DNA of 54,546 nt from an uncultured Candidatus Cloacimonadota bacterium. Its GTDB lineage: Bacteria > Cloacimonadota > Cloacimonadia > Cloacimonadales > TCS61. Shown here piece after piece: positions 17,946 to 28,542 of the stretch (within the stretch, counting starts at the first letter, position 1; the number at the start of each line of letters is the position of its first letter). Position numbers and translations under genes: made by a program. The DNA lies in assembly GCA_964419355.1 (NCBI GenBank), contig CAYQOZ010000001.1, positions 1 to 54,546 of the forward strand, in the 5' to 3' direction. The notes beneath the pieces were generated by a model that saw only the letters and a list, made by a program, of their open reading frames with translations, did no database searches and was not told where the DNA came from.

Positions 17946-19364
17946 TTATGCTTTCTCAAAAAAAGCTTTATATGCTTTGTAGGAAGAATAGATGTCCGCC
18001 TTGCTGGTAAGTTCATAAAGCGAATGCATTCCCAAAACACCGGGACCGCAATCAATAACTTCTGCTCCATGTTCTGCCATAAATTTTGCAATTGTGCCAC
18101 CACCGCCTTCATCCACTTTTCCCAAAGCGCCAGTTTGCCAGTTTACTTTTTCTTCATTAAATATGGAAATTATTTTGGAATTAAATTCAGCGTTAGCATC
18201 GTTTGAACCACCCTTTCCGCCGGCTCCGGTATATTTTGTAACACTCACGCCAAAACCAAGATGAACCGCATTCTCTTTTTCATGAACTTCTGGGTAATTC
18301 GGATTAATTGCGGCATTTACATCTGCAGATAATATTTGACTCTTTATCAAAGTTTTTCGCAATGTATCGCTATCATAATTTTCACCGTTATATTTTAGGA
18401 GGTCAGCAATAAAATCAATAATAAAAATTGATTTTGCACCAGTATTACCATCACTTCCAATTTCCTCTTTATCAGCCAAATAAACGATTGCTGTTTTTTC
18501 CAGATTTTTTGTGGCAAAAATAGCTTCCGCTGAAGTGTAAGCACAAATTCGGTCATCTTGTCCATAACCCATCAACAAGCTTTTATCAAGTCCAACATCG
18601 CGTGCTTTTCCGGCTGGGACAAGTTGTAATTCAGCACTCAAAAAATCTTCTTCCACAATGCCATATTTTTCGTTCAACAAAACAAGTGCATTCAATTTTA
18701 CGGCATCTTTAATTTCTTCATTTTCTTTATCTAAGTATGGAATTGAGTTGAGAACAAGATTCATTTTTCCTGCATCAACTGCTTCTCCAATTTTTTTGCT
18801 GTATTGAGTTTTTCTCGCCAAATGTGGAAGTAAATCTGGCATAACAAAAACAGGTTCATCTTCATTTTCACCAATACTCACCTTCACGATTTCTCCATTA
18901 TTTTTTACAAATACACCGTGAATTGCTAACGGAGTAGAGACCCATTGATATTTTTTTATGCCACCGTAATAATGAGTTTTCATCATGCCAAGATTTGTGG
19001 TTGCGTCTTCGTCGAGGGGATTTTGTTTCAGGTCAATTCGCGGCGCATCGATGTGAGAAACAATTAGATTTACGCCATCAGAAATAGGTTTTTTACCGAT
19101 AAATGCAATAGCCGCATTTTTCTTCTTGGAAGTTTTGAATACTTTTTTAGAATCTTTTTTTTCTTCGATATTCGTGAATCCTTTTTCTTTTAATTTTTTT
19201 TCCATAAATTCGATTGATTCGCGTTCTGTTTTAGCCTCATTTAGAAATTTTTTGTATCCTTCACAAAAGGAAAATGCTTGTTTTTGTTCTTTTTTGTTTG
19301 TTTCTTTCCAAAAACTTTTTCTGTTGTAAGAAAGCTTGTTTTTTAGTTCTTTTACTTTGCTCAT
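17946..19364 (-). CDS. M18-family aminopeptidase
   Basis: SHIDAPRIDLKQNPL, GYGQDDRICAYTS, EEIGSDGNTGA and a size of 472 aa. Confidence 0.8.
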   Translation of the reverse strand: MSKVKELKNKLSYNRKSFWKETNKKEQKQAFSFCEGYKKFLNEAKTERESIEFMEKKLKEKGFTNIEEKKDSKKVFKTSKKKNAAIAFIGKKPISDGVNLIVSHIDAPRIDLKQNPLDEDATTNLGMMKTHYYGGIKKYQWVSTPLAIHGVFVKNNGEIVKVSIGENEDEPVFVMPDLLPHLARKTQYSKKIGEAVDAGKMNLVLNSIPYLDKENEEIKDAVKLNALVLLNEKYGIVEEDFLSAELQLVPAGKARDVGLDKSLLMGYGQDDRICAYTSAEAIFATKNLEKTAIVYLADKEEIGSDGNTGAKSIFIIDFIADLLKYNGENYDSDTLRKTLIKSQILSADVNAAINPNYPEVHEKENAVHLGFGVSVTKYTGAGGKGGSNDANAEFNSKIISIFNEEKVNWQTGALGKVDEGGGGTIAKFMAEHGAEVIDCGPGVLGMHSLYELTSKADIYSSYKAYKAFFEKA

Positions 19365-19381
19365 TATTACTCCTAATTCCT

Positions 19382-19852
19382 TTATTTTATATCAATTATA
19401 ACAAATTCTCGATCACCAATTGGTGCTTTCACAATGTAGTGATCTCCAATCTTTTTTCCTATCATCGCTTTCCCAATTGGCGATAAGATAGAAGTTCTTT
19501 TGTAATTATTATTAGATTCAAAAACCTCATCTATTCCAACCAAATAGATATTTTTTTTTTCTTGCGAAGATAGCTCTTCTACGGTTACTTTTGCACCGAA
19601 ACGAACCGCATCTTTTGGAATTTTTTCAGTATCCAAAACCTGCAATTTTTCAATCCTGCTTTTTATATGATTATACTCATTTTCCAGATATCGTTGTCTT
19701 TCACGAGCCGCATGATATTCTGCATTCTCGCTTAAGTCGCCCATTTCTCTTGCCGTTACCACCTGTTTAATAATTGATGGTCGCTCTTTTACGAGTTGTT
19801 GCATCTTTTTTTTAAGGTATTGCATACCCTCTTTTGTTATATAATTTGCCAT
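19382..19852 (-). CDS. greA: Transcription elongation factor GreA
   Basis: REMGDLSENAEYHAARERQ coiled-coil motif, and a size of 156 aa. Confidence 0.9.
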   Translation of the reverse strand: MANYITKEGMQYLKKKMQQLVKERPSIIKQVVTAREMGDLSENAEYHAARERQRYLENEYNHIKSRIEKLQVLDTEKIPKDAVRFGAKVTVEELSSQEKKNIYLVGIDEVFESNNNYKRTSILSPIGKAMIGKKIGDHYIVKAPIGDREFVIIDIK

Positions 19853-19862
19853 TTTTTGAGCT

Positions 19863-20672
19863 CTATTTTTTCTTTCTATTTAGAATTTTTTGACCATGTT
19901 TACCAATTTTTTTCAGTTTGATATTTCCGCTACGCACCCAATTATCCACAATTGTTTGCATCGTTTCAGAATAACACTCAATCGCTCCGCAAAGAATATC
20001 TGCAAAAATTGGATTTCGAGTAAATTGGTAATGTTCATAAACTTTGTGATAGAAGTCTGAATCCACTTTGTATATTTTTTTAAGGAAATGAACATTCAGC
20101 TTAACTATTTGTGGGGTAGCATACAACCATAAATTTTCTAATTTACCAAATAAGTCCTTAATCAATTCTGGGTTTGATTTAATCAATTTTTTCAGAACAT
20201 TATCTAAACTTTCTGTTAGAATTTCATTATTTATTTTAAGCCAATTCACGACTAAATCGAGATATTTTTCAGGATCTTTTTTTAATAGTGGATAAATAGC
20301 CTTATCCACAATAATGTGGCTAGCTTTATGATCATCGGTATGCGTTAAAATATTTTCCAAATATGGGATAAAAATATCTGGATATGTTTTTGTCGAACGA
20401 GCAATTACATAAGCAAAAATTATCCTGCCATTTTCTCCTTTTTTTTCAAAAAGATAATTAAAAAAATCGAAATATTTTTCCGCATTTTTATGAATTTTAG
20501 AAGCTAATGTCTTTCCAACTAATGTTATAATTGCATGTGGAACATGTCCATCAATTCTTTCGGGATAAGCGTTGTAGATAATTTCGATATCATAATCTCC
20601 GCGAGGTAACTTCTTCTCATAGAAATCTGTAGTATCTTTTTTTATTCTCATTTTCCAATCTAATGATATCAT
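19863..20672 (-). CDS. Hypothetical helical-repeat protein (possibly AlkD/HEAT-like)
   Basis: 269-aa ORF in an operon-like position. Only a vague resemblance to DNA-alkylation-repair/HEAT-like proteins. Confidence 0.45.
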   Translation of the reverse strand: MISLDWKMRIKKDTTDFYEKKLPRGDYDIEIIYNAYPERIDGHVPHAIITLVGKTLASKIHKNAEKYFDFFNYLFEKKGENGRIIFAYVIARSTKTYPDIFIPYLENILTHTDDHKASHIIVDKAIYPLLKKDPEKYLDLVVNWLKINNEILTESLDNVLKKLIKSNPELIKDLFGKLENLWLYATPQIVKLNVHFLKKIYKVDSDFYHKVYEHYQFTRNPIFADILCGAIECYSETMQTIVDNWVRSGNIKLKKIGKHGQKILNRKKK

Positions 20673-20702
20673 TTTAAACTCCTTTTTTTATAGAAAATAA
20701 TT

Positions 20703-23700
20703 CTAATTTATTATTACAAATTTACCTTTTTTTACCTTATTTTCCACTTTGATTATGTAAAAATATATTCCAGATGAAACTTGTTTTCCGGCATTGTTTT
20801 TGCAATTCCAAAAAAAATTAAATTTAGAGTCATAATATGGTCCAAATTTACTATTAAACACCAATTCTCCCGCTAAATTATATAAACAAATTTCTCCCAC
20901 TACACCCAAAGGTATATTTGCAAAATTTACTTTACGCATCGTGCTTTTGCTTAAATCAAGTGGATTTGGGTAGACGACAAGATTGTTTAAATTCATATTT
21001 GTCAAGCTGAAATAACATTTGTTTCCACTATTTGATATTAAATTACCGACTATATCTTCTATGTTTTCAATCCAAAGAAAATAAGATTGACTAGTATATT
21101 TCATATTTTCTTGCAATTTTATCTCTATAGAAATAGAATCAGAATTGAAATATTGGATACTTTCTATTCCGTTGAGCTGGTCAATCTCGGGTAGCACTAA
21201 ATTAAAATTATTGATATCTGTTGCTTGAATATTGTTTAATGCCTCAGAAAACTTTAGAACAACCGTATGAAGATTAGACACATAGGTGTCAATTATTTCT
21301 GGCGGTTCCGTATCTTCTTGATAATCAAATGAAACCGAAGAGTTGGAGATAGGAACACCTGAAGTTCCGGTAATATTAGAAAAATAGATTGTGTAGTTGT
21401 CGATATTTTCAAATTGGGTTGAGAATTTTAGAATCACTGCCGTATTTTCTTCAACTATATTCACGGAAAGTGGATAGCTCATATTTGGGTCCAAAAAATA
21501 ATTAGAGATATTAAATGCATTTGACGCAACAGGTTGGTCAAATTTTATTTTTAAATCATATTGTGAAATCATTTTAAGATATTCAATATTGGGGGCGGGA
21601 AGCGGGATAGCAGATTTCCAAATTGTCGGACGACTTTCTTCTGGATCACAAGAATAATTCATCGCTGTAATTCTGTAGAAAATTGTATCCGCCGTGATAA
21701 GCTCTCTATCTACAAATAATAAACTATCTGAAGTTCCCACAAATTCGGTATCATCTCCTTTTTTTTTATAGATATTTACTTCATCGAAATCACCAGAATT
21801 CCAATTCAGTTTAACAGATATGGAATCGATAGGAGTTGCACTAAAATATTGCGGTGTAGGTGGTCCACTAAATTCTTCTCCGACCTTAATTAGTGCACTC
21901 TTGAACTCTCCAAAATCATCAACATTAGTAACGATGAATGAATCACACGCGGCGATAACATTAATTGCATTTTGGGAACTCTCTCCTTTCCAAATGGGAA
22001 TATATTCTCCATTTACATAGTCAATGATATAGATATTAGGTGAAACGGACAAAATAATTTCTTGGTCTTCGTCGCCATCCAAGTCAGCACTGGCAATAGA
22101 GTTGTGGTCTTCTACCTCACTAAAACTGATGTAGCCCGTTGAAATATATTCATTATTATTTCCATTATTGCTAAAAAACTCAAAGAAAGAGAAAGATTTG
22201 TTGGGATTTGCGAAATCGGTGGTGTAGCCGCCAGCACAAAAATCGTCATTCCCATCTCCAGTAAAATCTTCTACGAGTAAAAAATATGGATTTGAAACTG
22301 GCAATCTTTTGAGCCAGACCAATTCACATTCGTTGCTAAATTTTTCGAATATCATCACATCGCCATCGCTATCTGCGGTGAGTATATCTTGGAATGGATC
22401 ACCATCAAGATTGCCACAAGCAACTTTATTCACAAATGTCTGCACTCCCGAGGTAGAACTACAATTAAAAATTCTACCGGTTATGTTAAACTCGCTCTCA
22501 TCACGTTCCAAAAGTTCTACGATTCTGTGAATGTATCCATCTTCGTCGATAATGTTTTTAACAATGGCAATGTCTTCTATTCCGTCCCCGTTGTGATCAA
22601 TAAAATTTCCACCATAAGCATTATCTGTTTGGTAAATAACCTCATTTGGGTAGTTTTCAGAAGTAGTTTCGTAAATAACCAGACTGTCTATTGCAGAATT
22701 AATTCCCATTATTTCCATACCCTCTTCATTGGTGTTGCCAAGGTCGTGCGGCCAAATGTTAAAGCCAAAATCATGAACTTCCTCTAATTCGTTGTTATCA
22801 TTGATTTCAATGGATATTAGTGGATGGTTTTCTTCATTTTCAAGATTAAATGCAATAATTTCATTTTTGCCATTATTGTTAAAATCGTAAGTCCTGCGCA
22901 TTGAAGTTAAAGGATAACTTAAGTTCGTTTGGTTAAAAGAATTAACATCAATTGGTTCGTAATCTGGCGTAAAAGAATATGCATCATTTACGTAAGTTTC
23001 TAATCCACAAATATTTGTTGCTTTGATATTAATTGAACCTCCACAAAAATTATTTGGAATTTGACAAACTTGAACAGAATCTGCCACATTTGTTACTAAT
23101 TCATAATTATTTGAAGGCGGAATATTCAGCTCTACATGCACCTTTTCATTAAAAACAGCTTGCAAATAATATTCTGGAATTTCAGATTTATATCTTTTCA
23201 TAATGGCCGCATATTCTCCCCTGAATTCAGGCGGAGATTGATCAATATGAACTGTAATGCACGAACTATAATGTTGATTGCTGTGAGTAACCGCTTCTAC
23301 TTTTATTTGATATGTCCCAGAATTAAGATAGTCATTTATCTCAAAGTGTGCTAATATTCCATCTTCTACCGGTTCATAATAATATGAGTTTTCCCCCACA
23401 TCCTGCCAATCTTCGGAAGTTGGCATCGGGACGGAAGTATATTTCACAGAGTATCTCCACAAATTTTGAGCCGTGACCGTTCCAATAATATCAAAACTAT
23501 CATTATAGCCGGAATTATCTAAAGGTGAAGTAATTTCCACAATTGAAGAGATATTATTAGTTAGTAATTCATAAGTATTTAAAAGTCCATATCCATAAGT
23601 GTTGTCAAATCCAGCATCTCCTAAATCTGTGCAAGATGTGAGCAATCTATTACGAGCTTCCTCAAAATTGAGATTGGGTTCAACCGAAAGCAACAAACCA

Positions 23701-24857
23701 AGGCTGGCAGCCACAAAAGGACCAGACATAGATGTGCCAGATAATTGATAATATAAATTTTCCGAGTCCGGCTTATAGGTGCTCAAAATTTGACTTCCCG
23801 GTGCCACTATATCCAATTGTGGACCATAGCTAGAAAATGAAGAAAGAGTTAAATCGTTATCAATCGAACCAACAGCAATGGTACAAGTCAATCTGGCAGG
23901 ATAAGTTACAAGATGTTCCGATGAACTACCTTCATTTCCAGCAGAGGCAATAATGATTGTCCCTTTTTGGTAAGCATAATTACAGGCATCAGCGATAATG
24001 GGTGAATAATTAATATCTCCCCAGCTCAAATTTATGACATCCGCTCCCATATCTGCGGCATAAATCACACCGGAAGCGGCGTCATCGTCTTGAAGATAAC
24101 CAAATCCATCGACTGTTTTAAATCCTGCCCGAATAACCATAATCTTGTTATTCCACGTAATTCCTGCAATTCCTGCATTGTTATTTGTGTCGGCAGCAAT
24201 AATACCAGAAACATGAGTTCCGTGACTTATCTCGTCAGTTGGATCGTTATCTTGTTCCAAATAATCTCCTACTCCAATATTGTAAAGTTCGGGAGCATCA
24301 ACAAAATCCCAACCACGCCAATCATCTATATAACCATTATTATCGTTGTCAATTCCGTCATCGGGAATTTCGTTTTCATTAATGTAGATATTGGTCTGCA
24401 AATCTGGATGATCAAAATAGATTCCAGAATCGATTACACCAATTACAATATTAGGATTTCCGGTTGTGTAATTCCAAGCTTGCGGAATATTGCAATTTTC
24501 AAATTCAGTAAGTTGATTATAATATTCTGGGTCGTTTGGGGCAATGTAAAAGCTGTTTAGATAGTTTGGTTGAAAATATTCAATGCCAACAAATTTTAAC
24601 GATTTAATATTTTCCCAATCAAAATCTTTATTCAAATTTGCGATGAAATACTTGTTATCATTCTTTTTTAAAATGGGTTTTATATTTTTCACTTCTTTTT
24701 CTGTTAGAAACGAATCAAATTTTTCAAGTCCAATTTTTCCTCTTGCTATTTCTTGAGGAGCTAAGGTTTTGAAAATCAATTGTTTAGGAACATACTCCAA
24801 ACCAGTTAATAATGACGGAATAATTATTAACAAAAGAACGTATTTTATGCTTTTCAT
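20703..24857 (-). CDS. S8 subtilisin-like serine protease with FG-GAP/VCBS repeats, FN3/Ig-like modules and a T9SS C-terminal sorting domain
   Basis: Catalytic triad motifs VIGVIDSGIYFDHPDL, HGTHVSGIIAA, SGTSMSGPFVAA. FG-GAP-type repeats DHNGDGIEDIAI, GNLDGDPFQDIL, FTGDGNDDFCAG, ADLDGDEDQEII. The CTD reads VVYPNPL...GIYFYIIKVENKVKKGKFVIIN. Confidence 0.85.
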   Translation of the reverse strand: MKSIKYVLLLIIIPSLLTGLEYVPKQLIFKTLAPQEIARGKIGLEKFDSFLTEKEVKNIKPILKKNDNKYFIANLNKDFDWENIKSLKFVGIEYFQPNYLNSFYIAPNDPEYYNQLTEFENCNIPQAWNYTTGNPNIVIGVIDSGIYFDHPDLQTNIYINENEIPDDGIDNDNNGYIDDWRGWDFVDAPELYNIGVGDYLEQDNDPTDEISHGTHVSGIIAADTNNNAGIAGITWNNKIMVIRAGFKTVDGFGYLQDDDAASGVIYAADMGADVINLSWGDINYSPIIADACNYAYQKGTIIIASAGNEGSSSEHLVTYPARLTCTIAVGSIDNDLTLSSFSSYGPQLDIVAPGSQILSTYKPDSENLYYQLSGTSMSGPFVAASLGLLLSVEPNLNFEEARNRLLTSCTDLGDAGFDNTYGYGLLNTYELLTNNISSIVEITSPLDNSGYNDSFDIIGTVTAQNLWRYSVKYTSVPMPTSEDWQDVGENSYYYEPVEDGILAHFEINDYLNSGTYQIKVEAVTHSNQHYSSCITVHIDQSPPEFRGEYAAIMKRYKSEIPEYYLQAVFNEKVHVELNIPPSNNYELVTNVADSVQVCQIPNNFCGGSINIKATNICGLETYVNDAYSFTPDYEPIDVNSFNQTNLSYPLTSMRRTYDFNNNGKNEIIAFNLENEENHPLISIEINDNNELEEVHDFGFNIWPHDLGNTNEEGMEIMGINSAIDSLVIYETTSENYPNEVIYQTDNAYGGNFIDHNGDGIEDIAIVKNIIDEDGYIHRIVELLERDESEFNITGRIFNCSSTSGVQTFVNKVACGNLDGDPFQDILTADSDGDVMIFEKFSNECELVWLKRLPVSNPYFLLVEDFTGDGNDDFCAGGYTTDFANPNKSFSFFEFFSNNGNNNEYISTGYISFSEVEDHNSIASADLDGDEDQEIILSVSPNIYIIDYVNGEYIPIWKGESSQNAINVIAACDSFIVTNVDDFGEFKSALIKVGEEFSGPPTPQYFSATPIDSISVKLNWNSGDFDEVNIYKKKGDDTEFVGTSDSLLFVDRELITADTIFYRITAMNYSCDPEESRPTIWKSAIPLPAPNIEYLKMISQYDLKIKFDQPVASNAFNISNYFLDPNMSYPLSVNIVEENTAVILKFSTQFENIDNYTIYFSNITGTSGVPISNSSVSFDYQEDTEPPEIIDTYVSNLHTVVLKFSEALNNIQATDINNFNLVLPEIDQLNGIESIQYFNSDSISIEIKLQENMKYTSQSYFLWIENIEDIVGNLISNSGNKCYFSLTNMNLNNLVVYPNPLDLSKSTMRKVNFANIPLGVVGEICLYNLAGELVFNSKFGPYYDSKFNFFWNCKNNAGKQVSSGIYFYIIKVENKVKKGKFVIIN

Positions 24858-24868
24858 AAAAACATTAT

Positions 24869-25768
24869 TTACCTAAATTTGTAGGAAAGCTCAAAAATAT
24901 GAGCATCTTCAATCTCGTATTTTAGGGGAATAAATGCATAGTTAAAAGAAATTTTTTGCATTTCAATTCCAAATCCAACAGTTAAATCCTCGGCATCATA
25001 ATTAAATTTATTCCCAACTTTGAGGCTGAATATTTTATAAAAAAGCATCTTCAAACCAACTGCAGCTTGCAATTCATTGTTATCAAAATTTTTTGTAAAT
25101 TTTGTTTCTGATAAAATATCGAAAGAATCGGTGTAAAATTTATGGTTAATTCCGATTTCAGTTGAAATTGGAATTTGAGTCGTCTTTTTATTCATTTTGG
25201 AAGTTTGCCCTAAATTTTTTATCGTAGCCGAAAACATTGTTCCTTTCAAGGGCAGACGACGAGTATAACCAAAATCAAGAGTATAACCAAAGTTAGATGA
25301 ATCTGCAATTTTTTCATATAAACCATTTAGAGTGATGCCAGCATAGTTGTCCGGAGTAAATCGATAACCATAATTTGCAGAAAGCACCAAATCTAACGGA
25401 TGATATTCTCCATTTAAAAGCCCAGTGTCATCACGATATTCCAACTTGCCATAATCTAAATAACGATAGGAATAGGAAATTGATTTTTTACCATTTGACT
25501 TTGAATACGCACCACAATAAAGTGATGTATCAAAAATCCAAAGATTTTGAGAAATAGAGATAATTTCCTGCTGTTTGTAAACGCTTGCAGTAGGGTTTTG
25601 CAAAAATCCATAAGCATTGTTTGTGTGAAAAGCTCCCGTTCCTGCCAGTGCTGCTGCGTCTGCTCCGTAACTTAATTTTAGCATTTGAAATCCCGCTTTA
25701 CCGCTGGTTTCTGCAGAAAGTATAAAAGCTGAATTTATCAGCAAAAGAATTAGAATTATTTTTTTCAT
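24869..25768 (-). CDS. PorV/PorQ-like T9SS-associated outer-membrane beta-barrel
   Basis: Start set at ATG 25768, preceded by AAGGAG at 25771-25780. Signal peptide MKKIILILLLINSAFILSA. N-terminal GKAGFQMLKLSYGADAAALAGTGA resembles PorV. C-terminus is YKFR. Confidence 0.6.
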   Translation of the reverse strand: MKKIILILLLINSAFILSAETSGKAGFQMLKLSYGADAAALAGTGAFHTNNAYGFLQNPTASVYKQQEIISISQNLWIFDTSLYCGAYSKSNGKKSISYSYRYLDYGKLEYRDDTGLLNGEYHPLDLVLSANYGYRFTPDNYAGITLNGLYEKIADSSNFGYTLDFGYTRRLPLKGTMFSATIKNLGQTSKMNKKTTQIPISTEIGINHKFYTDSFDILSETKFTKNFDNNELQAAVGLKMLFYKIFSLKVGNKFNYDAEDLTVGFGIEMQKISFNYAFIPLKYEIEDAHIFELSYKFR

Positions 25769-25850
25769 TTTTTGCTCCTTATTTCGATAGTAAGTTTCAA
25801 TTTTCCCGAATATTAAAATAATCTTTTCTATATTTTCCAAAATACATAAA

Positions 25851-25879
25851 TACCCCCTTATCATGATGACAAGAGGGTA
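25851..25879 (-). terminator. Probable rho-independent terminator after the small Zn-ribbon gene
   Basis: On the minus strand, TACCCTCTT...AAGGGGGTA (one mismatch) is followed by TTTATGTATTTT. Confidence 0.45.
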
Positions 25880-25906
25880 AACATAAAACTCGTTGTAAAG
25901 ATTAAA

Positions 25907-26113
25907 TTATATTTTGCCTGTTAAAATATCTTTCTCATTACATTTACAAATGCTAACGAATTCATATTTAGGCATCCAGCTATCATTTTTAGATTTTCGT
26001 GCTCTAACTAGCTTCATTTTTTTCACCTCGCTATCACACTTTGGACAAATCACTTTACCTTCTGAGCTTGCTTCGTGTGCAAGTTTTGCACCGAACGATC
26101 TTGTTTTTGCCAT
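25907..26113 (-). CDS. Small basic zinc-ribbon protein (68 aa)
   Basis: CPKC...CKC cysteine pairs and a basic N-terminus MAKTRSFGAKLAHE. Tightly linked downstream of efp with a 26-nt gap. Confidence 0.5.
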   Translation of the reverse strand: MAKTRSFGAKLAHEASSEGKVICPKCDSEVKKMKLVRARKSKNDSWMPKYEFVSICKCNEKDILTGKI

Positions 26114-26139
26114 TCTGCACTCCTTCTTATTTTAAATTA

Positions 26140-26700
26140 TTAAACTCTTTCTATGTATTCACCTTTTCTGGTGTCAATCTTAATTTTATCGCCAATTTCC
26201 ACAAAGAATGGAACGGTAATATCCAATCCTCTAACGGTTTTAGCATTTTTTCCACTAACTGAAGCAGAATTACCTTTCACGTTTGGCTCACATTCTGCTA
26301 TTTCTTGAATTACCGTAATTGGAAGTTCAATTCCCAAAATATTTCCATCTGGATCTGTTTTCATGGCTATTTCCATGTTCTCCACAAGATACTTATCCAA
26401 ATCACCAACTACATCTTTGGCAACGGATTTTTGTTCATATGTTTTTGTATCCATAAAAACATAGAAAGTTCCATCGAAATATAGATATTCTTTCTTTTGT
26501 TTTTCGACGCGAATTTCTTCCAATTTTTCACTGGTGCGGAAAGTATTATCAATAACTCTTCCGGTTTCTACATTCTTAAGTTTGGTGCGCACAAAAGCTG
26601 CACCTTTGCCTGGCTTTACATGCTGAAATTCTACAATCTCGTAAAGACCGTGCTTAAACTTTATTATCAAACCATTTCTTATGTTTGAAGTAGTTATCAT
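26140..26700 (-). CDS. efp: Translation elongation factor P
   Basis: NGLIIKFKHGLYEIVEFQHVKPGKGAAFVRTKLKN, and a size of 186 aa. Confidence 0.92.
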   Translation of the reverse strand: MITTSNIRNGLIIKFKHGLYEIVEFQHVKPGKGAAFVRTKLKNVETGRVIDNTFRTSEKLEEIRVEKQKKEYLYFDGTFYVFMDTKTYEQKSVAKDVVGDLDKYLVENMEIAMKTDPDGNILGIELPITVIQEIAECEPNVKGNSASVSGKNAKTVRGLDITVPFFVEIGDKIKIDTRKGEYIERV

Positions 26701-26857
26701 AATCTCTCCTTAAATCTTTATCCCAATATCAATTACTGATATCGGAATGCTAAAAATAATTAAGTGGATTATCTGGCAAGAAAAAATTGCGAACGAGTAT
26801 AAATTGAAATGGGTAAATATTTTTTTTAGATCAATGCTTTGTGAGCGTTTTCATATA

Positions 26858-27913
26858 TCAAAGTAGTAATTTTTTGCCATTTTTTGTCAGCTTTTCTACG
26901 ATTTTTTTCACATCTTCGCTACGATTTTGGGCAATTATCAAAAGTGCATCTTCACTTTCAATTACAATGAGGTTATCTACTCCAATAAGTGAAACAAATT
27001 TCTTTGAATTCACGTAATTATTATTACTATCAAGAATTTCGCACTCTTGGTTTATTACATTTTCATTTTTATCTTTTGGAGAAATATCATAAAGAGCTTT
27101 CCAGCTTCCAACATCGTTCCAGCCATAATCTACCGGAATTACAATTCGTTTTTCGGCTTGTTCCATTATACCAACATCAACTGGTATCCTGGGCATTTTT
27201 CTATACTGTTGAGAAATATCTGCGGTAATTCCTTCATCGTCCCATTTTTGAGAAATTCCATTCAAAACATTGATTATTTTGGGAAGGTAATCCCGATACG
27301 CTTTTAGAATCGTTTCAATTTTCCACATAAACATACCGCTATTCCAAAAAAAGTTACCTGCTTCGATAAATTTCTGTGCTGTTTTTAAATCTGGTTTTTC
27401 CTTAAATTGTTTCACCTTGAATGCATTGTAACTGACTTTTGTTCCTGCTTCAATGTATCCATAACCGGTTGCTGGGTAATTTGGTTTAATTCCGAAAGTA
27501 ACCAAGTTGTTTTCATTTGCAGAATCTTCACCAATTTGCAAAGAGTTCAGGAACTCGTTTTGATTGGCTATCAAGTGGTCTGCCGGCAAAACTATCATTC
27601 TCTCCGATTCGTCATATTTACGAGCAAGATAATACGCACTTAGCGCAATGCAGGGGGCAGTATTCATGCCAAATGGTTCAATAATTATATTTTCTCGAGG
27701 AAGTTTTGGTAGATGTTTTTTGGTAAGCTCAACTTGGGATTTAGCCGTAACAATGAAAATATCTTCCATTTTTATTTTAGGGAGTAGTCTCTCAACGGTC
27801 ATTTGGAGCATTGATTGTTTCGAAACGATATTTAAAAATTGTTTTGGATGTGATTTTCTGCTTAATGGCCAAAATCGTGTTCCGATGCCACCTGCCATAA
27901 TTAATGCTATCAT
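26858..27913 (-). CDS. Mannose-1-phosphate guanylyltransferase-type nucleotidyltransferase
   Basis: The N-terminal motif reads IMAGGIGTRFWPLSRKSHPKQFL. Size is 351 aa, with no PMI cupin domain. Confidence 0.82.
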   Translation of the reverse strand: MIALIMAGGIGTRFWPLSRKSHPKQFLNIVSKQSMLQMTVERLLPKIKMEDIFIVTAKSQVELTKKHLPKLPRENIIIEPFGMNTAPCIALSAYYLARKYDESERMIVLPADHLIANQNEFLNSLQIGEDSANENNLVTFGIKPNYPATGYGYIEAGTKVSYNAFKVKQFKEKPDLKTAQKFIEAGNFFWNSGMFMWKIETILKAYRDYLPKIINVLNGISQKWDDEGITADISQQYRKMPRIPVDVGIMEQAEKRIVIPVDYGWNDVGSWKALYDISPKDKNENVINQECEILDSNNNYVNSKKFVSLIGVDNLIVIESEDALLIIAQNRSEDVKKIVEKLTKNGKKLLL

Positions 27914-28542
27914 TTTATTGCTTCCTTTTTTATTTCATTTCTTGTGTCGATAATATTTACATCATCCGGCAAAGCCAGTTTAAAAATATTTTCTGGCAAA
28001 TTGTGATTAATTTTTTCTGATGCAAAAGAGTAATGCACACTATTTGTGTCGGCATCAATTATTGAAAAATCTACAATTAGATAATTTTCCAAATTAATGA
28101 AAATTTGCTCAGATTCTGGTGTTACCAATTTGATTTCAAGTTTGCTTTTGTTGCTGTCTATCAGCGTCTTTTGAGAAATATTCCAATATTTTGATATGAA
28201 ATTAATCGGTCTAATATCGCTTTCTGCATTATTGGAAATTACTGCCTGATTGGAAGTCGGGTTAAAGATGGTTACAAAATCGTGATCAATTAACAGAAGC
28301 TGTTCATTTGGTTTTTTATATTGCAACAATAAATGATTCTCGTCATAATAGATATTTCCATTTGATTGCATAGAAACATCAAGCTCTTTCCAATAATTTT
28401 TTTGCGAAAAATTTGCTTCATAAGTAACTATTTTTGAGTAAGTTATTAAAATATCGGAGTAGATATTTTCTAAGTTTTGAGCATAAATATTAGAGAATAA
28501 TATCAATGATAAAAAAATTAAACTAGTTTTGATATAAACCAT
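27910..28542 (-). CDS. LolA-like outer-membrane lipoprotein carrier protein
   Basis: Has a signal peptide and sits in the ftsK-lolA position. TYEANFSQKNYWKELD...GNIYYDENHLLLQY fits LolA-like proteins. ATGA overlap with the next gene. Confidence 0.6.
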   Translation of the reverse strand: MVYIKTSLIFLSLILFSNIYAQNLENIYSDILITYSKIVTYEANFSQKNYWKELDVSMQSNGNIYYDENHLLLQYKKPNEQLLLIDHDFVTIFNPTSNQAVISNNAESDIRPINFISKYWNISQKTLIDSNKSKLEIKLVTPESEQIFINLENYLIVDFSIIDADTNSVHYSFASEKINHNLPENIFKLALPDDVNIIDTRNEIKKEAIK

